Source: Octopus vulgaris
Taxonomy: Eukaryota
DNA length: 64,000 nt
Assembly: GCA_951406725.2 (NCBI GenBank)
Contig: OX597814.1
Span: 116,312,001 to 116,376,000, forward strand
Reading direction: 5' to 3'
Shown here: one piece after another, positions 55,256 through 64,000 of the stretch
Numbering within the stretch: the first letter of the stretch is position 1
Layout of the letters: every line of letters starts with the position of its first letter
Program-made: the position numbers and the translations under genes
The notes under the pieces: model-generated
Told to the model about the DNA's origin: nothing
Seen by the model: only the letters and a program-made list of their open reading frames with translations
Databases searched by the model: none

Positions 55256-58200
55256 TTTTTTTCCTCTTTCAAATTTTCTTCCATTTCTTGCCGAGTGTCT
55301 TCCCGACTCCTAGGGCAAAGAAACTCATAGTGTATATTGGTAGGCCATTAAACCAAACTCAGTAGTTCGTTCATTTTTTTTTTATTTTTTATTTTTTTTT
55401 AAGTTAAATTAAAATACATGAGCAGCAACAGTTCTCACATCGACAATGCTCTTCTCAATACGTGTGATGTACCAGTTAAGACAATCTTTTGCACTTCTTG
55501 CAGGGATGGTAAGCCAGGGATCATTCTCATATAATTTTCGGTTCCCTTCTTGATCATTCCTAGTGCTCCTACGATCACTGGTATTGTAACCACCTTGAGA
55601 TGCCACATTTTCTCAATTTCAATGAGTAGGTCTTTATATTTTCTGAGCTTGTCAAACTCTTTCGCTGAGATATTATGATCACAGGGGATGCTCATGTCGA
55701 TCAATAAGCAAACTTTATTGTTTTGGTCTTTCACAACAATATCTGGTTTATTGGCCTTGATGGTTCGGTCTGTATGTACTGGAAAGTCCCACAGAATGGT
55801 TACATTTTCTCCTTCAGTTACAGCCTCAGGGTGGTGATTATACCACTTGTCGGCAGTTTTGATATTGTAATGCCGACTTATTAGCCAGTGGAGATATTGG
55901 CCAACTCTGTCATGTCTTAATTTATACTCCACCGGTGCTAAGACTTTACATCCAGAGATTAGGTGGTCCACTGTTTCAATCATGTCGTTGCAGAATCGGC
56001 ATTTTGGGTCTGCTCCATTTTTCATCACATTGGCCTGGTAGTTCCGGGTTAATAGGCTTTGGTCTTGAGCAGCCAGGATGAAACCTTCGCTCTCTGCTTT
56101 TAGCCCTGAGCTCCGTAGCCACTGATGGGTTTGCTTCTGGTCAACATCAGCTTGTTTGCTGCGGGTCACATATTTGCCGTGCAGAGGTTTCTCCTCCCAC
56201 CTATCAGCCAATTGCTCGTGCGCTTTTTTCATTGCCATCATTTTCACCTTCTTTGCAACAATAGTTGCCGTACTTCCCTAGGGTTGTTCAGTTTGGGTAT
56301 CCTGCACGAGATCAATAGCAAATTTTTTGCTTTCCTTGATGATAGAATGAAGCTTCTTTCGTCTCTCGTGATTTTCCACGAGCTTTAGCATCCAGTCATT
56401 CGATATTTCGAGATATTTGGCCAGTCCAATTGTGGTTGTTTTGTAAGCTAGTTCAAATTGGATCAGGCCTCGACCTCCTTGGGCTCTGGGAAGGTAAAGG
56501 CGATCTACGTCAGCCTTTGGGTGGTGCATCCTATTACAACTCAGCAGCTTGCGTATTTTTCTATCTATATTCTTTACTTCACTCATATTCCAGTTCAACA
56601 CATTGTAGCTATAAGTAACAACTGGAACTGCTAAGGAATTTATAGCTAACACCTTGTTACGAGCATTTAGTTCAGATTTCAGGACTGCACGAACTCTCCT
56701 ATAACATTCCTTCCTGATTTTCTCTTTCATGCTTGCATACTGAATACCAGAGCCTTCATTTATCCCTAAATATTTGTATGTCTGTTCTTGCTCAAGCTCT
56801 CTTATGACTGTGTCAACATCTAACACGACTGAATTTGTGGTCTTCTCTTTCCCTTTCTGGAAAGTGGCCTTGGCACACTTCTCAAGTCCAAACTCCATCA
56901 CGATGTCATCGCTGAATGCTTTCACGGTGCGCAATAGGCCTTCAAGTTCATTATTGTCTTTACCATAAAGTTTTAAGTCATCCATATAAAATAGATGGCT
57001 TATTTTTTTATTGGCAATTTTATACCCATACCCTGTTCTGTTTAATTCACTTGTAAGGGGTATTAGGGCTATGCAGAATATTAAAGGTGAAAGTGAGTCA
57101 CCTTGAAAAATTCCACAGCTGATGTTTATATTTTCTGAGGCAAGTACTCCATTAGAGTGGTATAATTGGAGATTCGTATTCCACAACGACATATTGTGCT
57201 TCAGGAAGTTTGAAATCACAGGGGAAATTTTGAAGATGTCCAGCGATCTCAAGATCCATGGATGCGGTATACTGTCGAAGGCCTTTTTATAGTCAATCCA
57301 TGCGGTGCTGAGATTTCTGCGCTTGTTGTGACAGTTCTCAAGGATCATACGATTGATTAGCAGTTGATCTTTGCATCCGTAAGAGCCTCGGCGGCATCCT
57401 TTTTGTTCAATGGGGAAAATATCGTTCTTCTCCATGAATGCATATGTTTTCTCCGCCAGGATAGATGTTAGGATTTTATACGTGGTGGATAGACAGGTTA
57501 TAGGCCGATAGTTTTTTGGAAGGTTGGTTTCGTTATTCTTTGGGAGTAGGTAAGTAATGCCACTTGCTAACCATTCAGGTGTTTTCTTTGGGTCTCTCAT
57601 AATTCCATTGAGCAGCTGAACTAGCTTACCGTATGCGCACGGGAGCGATGCGAGCCAGAAATTCGGCACCCTATCTTTACCGGGGGATTTCCAATTATGG
57701 GCCTTCGTGAGTGCCTTTCTTAGGTCTGCTATTGTGATGTCTTCCCATGCTTGTTGTTGTAAATTTTGGTAGGATCCTTCAGTTTGTATAATCCAGTCTG
57801 CATTTATGTTGTACGTCTTCTTGTCACTCCAAATCCTTTTCCAAAAGTTTTGAACTTCTTCCATGGGAGGGGGTTCTTTAACGGTTACTTTCTCCTTCCC
57901 TATTTCTCTGTAGAATTTTTTGGCATTGGATGTGAACAGCTTATTTTGCTTGTAAAACTTGTTTCTCTTCTCAAATCTTCGTATTCTTTGGGCTTTTGCT
58001 TGGACTTTTTGTTTCAGCGTTTCTTTTATTGATATCAGTTCTTCTCTTGGTGAGGATCCAAATTTTCTCTTCATCTTTCTTCCTGTTCTGGATCTTACAT
58101 CATTTCCACATATTAGTTCATTTAATATTGATATTTCCCCTCTCATAAATTCAATCTCTTTTTCAATTTTACTTCTCCAGGTTTGATTTCTTCCCAGGTT

Positions 58201-59218
58201 TTGTTTTCTTTGTTTTTTCGGGGGCATACAGCTGGTTTCAATTGCCCTAGCAGAAGCGTAAATAATTTCATTTAACTCAGTAAAATCAGGTTTTAATTCT
58301 CGTATTATTTCATTTGTTACATAGTTGCCAATTTGGATTTGTTTTTTATTTTGGTTTGTATTTGAGAGTTTATGAAGCGGTTCTCTATCATTCATACTTG
58401 TATGTCTTACAACTTCAAGCGTATTCAGGATTTTCTGCCTCATTTCTGCCATAGACTCTCTGTGTTCTTCAGCAAATGCGAGATCTTCAGTTACTGTTGT
58501 TTTTTCGTTTTCCTGGCTATCTTTAACAGGTACAATAGAATTTCTTGTATCTTCAGGCCTTTGCGTACTTTGGTCAGATGGCAGTCTTTCAATTAAGCCT
58601 CGTGGCGGGCTATACTGTTCATCTGATTCTTCATTTCCTTTGTGTCTTATAATTATGTCATTTTCCGTTGCGTGCTTGATCGCGCTTATTTCACTGTCTG
58701 TGAGTCTGCTATTTCTAAAGATATCCCTCCTCACATTTGCTAATTTGTTCTCGTCCAAATAGGGCCTACTGTCTTGATTCCGTGTTCTCCATATACTGTA
58801 AGAGTTTGCGGTGTGTCTCTCTTGAGATGGCCTACCTAATGCATAGTAATAAGCGTATATTACTTCTTTATACTCTTCTCGGGTCCATTTGTTCCGCTTA
58901 CATTTTACTTTCTGTTGTGGTTGTGGTGGTGAACTTGGAGGGCTCGAGTTGGGGGAATTTCCGTTCAAGTGACCATCCATGTCCGTATTCGGAGAAGAGT
59001 TTGTGCCAGTTGATGACTTTTCGATCCCAGGCTGGCTCTTCCCTGGGGGACGCGCTTCCAGATTAACCATAGGACAAGCGATTTGGTATACTGATTTAGT
59101 TTTCCTTTTAGTTTCCAAAAACATTTTGGTGCTACGATAATGTTATCCTTTTTTAGCTTTGATTGGCTCGTGGGGAGACGGCCATCATTGCCGTTACAAT
59201 TATAATCGTACCATCTTA

Positions 59219-59220
<2 letters not shown>
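55256..59220 (-). mobile_element. Full-length R4/Dong-clade non-LTR retrotransposon inserted in a (TAA)n tract
   Basis: Single long frame with RT and C-terminal CCHC + PD-(D/E)xK endonuclease, short UTRs, 3' UTR hairpin tttctttgcc...ggcaagaaa, (TTA)n on both flanks. Confidence 0.92.
55435..59124 (-). CDS. R4/Dong polyprotein (RT + restriction-like endonuclease), 1229 codons with one in-frame TAG at 56278-56280
   Basis: KSPGKD, NYRPITCL, WIDYKKAFDS, QGDSLSP, YMDD, GGRGL; after the stop CRFC..ETVDHLISGC, RHD, KPDIV..LIDMSIP, KLRKY. The two track ORFs are in the same frame, 30 nt apart. Confidence 0.92.
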
Positions 59221-59307
<87 letters not shown>

Positions 59308-59779
59308 ATTATTCAGGTCACTGCCTGGAGTCGAACCCTGTCAGTCTACCTATGTATGTATACATTCACATTCATGTATATACGAGTATATGTGTATGTA
59401 TATATATATGTATGTATGCATGTATGTATGTATGTAAATAGTTTGTTATTTTCTTCTATAAGTTAAAAATATATTTTCATAGATAAAATAAATATTTCTA
59501 TCTATTTATTCTATTTTTTTTTATTTACACCACGTTTTTAACGAGATAAATTTATTTTAAACACTAAGTCCTACGTATTACGTTTAAAGATTTAATTAAC
59601 AGAATATATTCAATAAGATAAATCATGTTTTCACTTTAAGATATAATGTTGAATTTTGTTCGATTTTTTATTGTAAAATTACGTATTTTTATATATATTT
59701 ATCTTTTCTAGTTAGAAAATATACGTACATTTATTTAATTATTATATTGTTTTTGTTTTAGTCCTGACCTGATGAGTGA

Positions 59780-61190
59780 CTATAACTTAGATAACTTAGA
59801 TATGTTTCGACTAAAGACTGGCCCTAGTCACACCTAACTTAATAGTTCCACTCCACCTGATAGGATTTTCTACATCCATTCTAAGTGAAGTTTTGTGGTA
59901 TAATGGGCTATTTCAGGTATAGGTGACTTATCTGGTATTCCTTGAAGAAATTTGTCCAGGTTCCGCTTAAAAGTGATGAGATGTTTTACCTCTTTAACTT
60001 GTTTTGGGACTATGTTAAATAGGACTGGACCGCTTGAGGGAAAGAAATTGTGATGCAGTGTATTTATGTGTTGTGATTCTAATTGTTTTGGAGGATGTAT
60101 TGCACGTGGTCTTAGCCTTGGATACATTCTGAAACTATTTTTATGGTCGTTTGGGCAATGCTGGTAGTATATTCTCCACATCGTGCAAATGATGTATCGC
60201 TGACGGCGGCGCTGGAGAGAATAAGTTTCAATGCTTTAAGGTGGTCCTAATCATCGAGGTCAGTCATGCACTTTATTCTTTTATTGAATGCTCTCTGGGA
60301 AGATACGATACTCAAAAGGTGTTACTTTGTGTGGGGAGTCTACAGGAGGCAGCAATATTCATGGTGTGGCTGTACAAAGGAGAGAAAAGAGGAATGATGA
60401 CACCTTGTTTTCTGGAATGAAAAGTTCTTAGGATCCAGGAGCTCATCTTACGAGCTATATCGACTTTATTGCTGATGTGGGTATTCCAGGTGAGATTGTT
60501 GTCAACTATTACTCATAAATCTTGGATATTATCAGATGTTGTGAGTGGTTCCCCTGAGAGAAGAGAATATGGTTGTTTTAGCAAAGTCTTTTTTTTTTCC
60601 AAAATGCATCAGTTCAAATTTTCCCTCGTTTTGTAGCATCTTATTTTTGTCTGCCCATTGAATGTAAGCATGCAGATCAGACTGGAGTTTTGTTCGGTCT
60701 TCTCCGTTGATAATTTTCTAAAGTTTGGAGTCATCGGCGAATATTCTCACTTTGCTATGTTTGATGACGCTTGAAATGTCATTTATATGAACTATAAAGA
60801 GAAGATTCCTCTGAGGTACACCACTGCTGACTTTTGTTGGGCTTGAGAGGATTCCACTCAATATAAGACGTCCTCCAATGACATCAGATTTCGAACCTAA
60901 TCCCAAGGCTTTCAGGTCATCATCGATGGGATGGAAAAGCTGTGTTAGACAGTCCCTGTCGCAGTGGAAGCCATGCTGGCTGGAATTTAGAAGATTGTGG
61001 CACTCCCAGAAGCCAGCTATCTTTGATTTCACCAGCATTTCAAACACTTTGATGATATGGGGGTGAGTGAGATCAGGCGATTGTTGTCTGCGAAGAATCT
61101 GTTTCCCTATTTGAAAACCGGGATGACAGGCTGACTTAAGAGCTGTTTCTGTATACAGCCTGAGTCTATAGGATTTTTCCTGAGGTTGGT
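59780..61190 (-). mobile_element. Decayed CR1/L2-group LINE, RT to 3' tail
   Basis: SQHGFHCDRDCLTQL, RIFADDSKL, FKRNLDKFLQGIPDK, tail (tctaagtta)2; homologous to 41400-42956. Confidence 0.9.
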
Positions 61191-61234
61191 TAGAGCTATA
61201 GCGACTTTATTGTTGATGATGGCACTCCAGCTGA

Positions 61235-61785
61235 CTATGAGGCGAGGTATGGAGAATGAGATCACGGACGGTTAAGAGTAGGATGGAGAGCATTCAACTC
61301 AGTGAAGGATGTGCTGAAAACGAACTTAGACAAGGCAACTCGCGCCAGTCTCCTCAATAGCACAGTCTTGTCTCCAATGTTATAAGCATATGAGACTTGT
61401 TCTTTGACGAAGAGAGAACGACAACATCTACATACGGCCTAGAGATCCATGGAAAGGTCGATGTTGGGAATCTTGCTGAGAGATCACATCCGGAATGAGA
61501 AGATCAAGGATAGAACTCCAGTCAATGACGTCGTCGCAGAATACCACAAAGCAAAGCCACGATGGGCCGGTCATGTCACAAGGTTCACAGACAATCGGTG
61601 GACCTGTACAGTTCTCGAGTGATACCCGCGCAAACGGAAGAGACCACCTATCAAGTGGGAAGCTGATTTAAGAAAGATGATTTGGACAACGTGGAGGAGA
61701 ATGGCGAGAGCACGTGGGGAATGGATCGAATGCTGTGATCAGTGGAGCCAACTGAGCACTAGACAGCCTGGCCGATCCAGGTGAT
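61235..61785 (+). mobile_element. Decayed RTE-clade LINE 3' fragment
   Basis: RSMERSMLGI..RDHIRNEKIK..RWAGHVTRFTDNRWT..YPRKRKRP, followed by (taca)n. Confidence 0.8.
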
Positions 61786-61800
61786 ACATACACACATACA

Positions 61801-61836
<36 letters not shown>

Positions 61837-62714
61837 TATATATAGTGCAAATGAAATGTAAGAAGACAGTCAGAAGTCAAATTTTATAGGTTGGTACAAA
61901 CTACTTATAGGAACTAGAGCCATGTTTTTGCCAATGTTTACAACGATAAACGCGTTCTTTAAGGGTGTTTAAAAGAGAATTCTCAGAGAAAAGATTAAGA
62001 TACTGTTCTTTGGTGCAGAGCGGACAAAAGGATTTACCTTTATCATACGGAAAGGCTCTAGATAAAATATTCCATTTATACCAATCTAAAAAATTTGACT
62101 TTTGACTGTCTTCTTACATTTCATTTCCACTACATATATCTATTTAGACGCCTTTAAGCTTTATTTCCACTCATCTGTCGCACTATATTTCTACACTCTT
62201 AATTTTCTATTAATTACTTTGTTTCTCCTCCTTTTCTAAATTACCTTTGACGTTAAAACTATTAACGGTTTTTAAAAATATAACTTGTCACTGTTCCCTT
62301 CATCATATACGCGATTAAAATGGCTTATTGATGTGTTTTGTTTACCTTTTTTCCATGAAGAGATAATTATGTTGTTTTACACCACTTTATTCTCTCAGGA
62401 ATAATAATAATATTTTCTTTGAAACATATGTCGGAAGTATAAAGATTTGAATAACACATGCGTTTATCTCCATTTCTTAATGTATCTATGTAATTCAAAA
62501 ACATTTCACTAAACTTTGCAGCTTCTACCTTTATAAGTAAACTGTAACACTCTTGGCACTTATGTGAATTTTAACTACCCTGGTAACTATTTATTTATTT
62601 TTCCCGCATTATTTATAAACATTGAAAAAATATACATATAAACAAATATATATATATACTTACATACATGCATATATATATATATGTATGTATACATATA
62701 TATATATATGTATG

Positions 62715-62779
<65 letters not shown>

Positions 62780-63257
62780 GTATATATATTGAAACTGAAG
62801 ACTGGTAAAATTAGTTATATTTTAATTCCATGTTGCACATATTTCCTAACAGGATAGGTGTCGCAAAGACATACATGTACAAAAAAATGTACCTAATCTC
62901 CTGTCTGCAATTCTTCAGGCAAAGATTCAAAAATAATACTATTATGATAGTATTATTGTTTTCTGTGTCTGATGAATTTACGAATAGGAGTTTATATGCG
63001 TTTTCATACGCGTATACCTTTGTGACTCCTGTTCTGTAATGAAGCATGTAACAAGGAATTAAATTTTTGCAAAAATTTTCCTTAAAAAATTTGCCTTATG
63101 TTTTGAGATGTAATTACTCTGCAAATAGAATTCAATGGAAATTTTAATTGCTATGTATATCGCATCTGAAAAAAATCACCGATAGACACATATGTGAACC
63201 TGCAGATGTGCTTCCCGATGACACATCTACGATTGTAATCGCGCATGCAGGCTATAC

Positions 63258-63344
<87 letters not shown>

Positions 63345-63369
63345 CCTACCTACCTACCTATCTACCTAC

Positions 63370-63444
<75 letters not shown>

Positions 63445-63453
63445 CCTACCTAC

Positions 63454-63493
<40 letters not shown>

Positions 63494-63604
63494 ATATCTA
63501 TCTATCTATCTATCTACCTACCTACCTACCTACCTACCAGTCTGTCTGTATGTATGTCTGTATCCCTTCTGTCTGTCTTTCTCACTCATTCTCTCTCTCT
63601 GTTC

Positions 63605-63639
<35 letters not shown>

Positions 63640-64000
63640 CATACATAGATATATATGTATATAAATAAACAATGCATGCATACACACACGCGTGCATACA
63701 TACGTATATATCTATACACACATAGACACACACACATACACATGCATGTATATTTTGTGCTGAGGATTTGGAGATGTGAGGAGCTATATTGAATTGCGGT
63801 ACATTGTTGCTATTTTCAGACTTTCTTCTTGTATTTCCTTTTGCTTCGGAACACGTTCCTAAATTTCTGTATTCTCTCAATTCATTTCCATTTTGGTGAA
63901 TAACAATCAATGTTTTCTTCAAAAACAAAATGGCTGCCTAGCTTATTATCCAGAGAAATAGCAGCAGGTGACTGGTCTTTTCTTTCTAATCAATTGTAGA

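Noticed and set aside
59100-59220. HDV-like ribozyme in the R4/Dong 5' UTR
   Set aside because: A cgt-ctcccc-acg hairpin resembles P3/L3, but P1, P2 and J4/2 could not be assembled.
59765-59835. CTGATGA next to the LINE tail as a hammerhead
   Set aside because: No correctly placed GAAA or stem III; the downstream sequence is LINE 3' tail.

Overview
AT-rich, microsatellite-dense animal genomic DNA. The SINE and simple-repeat landscape resembles octopus/coleoid cephalopod, which is an inference. No host protein-coding exon can be supported, and most ORFs in the track are simple-repeat artefacts. The window is a patchwork of mobile elements: a near-intact R4/Dong-type RT + restriction-like-endonuclease retrotransposon (55.3-59.2 kb, one in-frame TAG) sitting in a (TAA)n tract; several CR1/L2-group and RTE LINE pieces; Penelope GIY-YIG fragments; a Tc1 pseudogene; a hAT MITE; a Helentron-type non-autonomous element; an LTR with a tRNA-Trp PBS; and many tRNA-derived SINEs. 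The most notable signal is about 15 minimal type I hammerhead ribozyme (HHR) motifs, intact or decayed. Among them is a family of ~350-bp tandem, self-complementary, retrozyme-like repeats (2.6, 37.2, 45.2 and 52.5 kb). Its four divergent subfamilies share a second conserved, co-varying RNA structure outside the ribozyme, and three of the four loci show Penelope-type 5' inversions. All ribozyme and structure calls were made by eye, without folding software or database searches.
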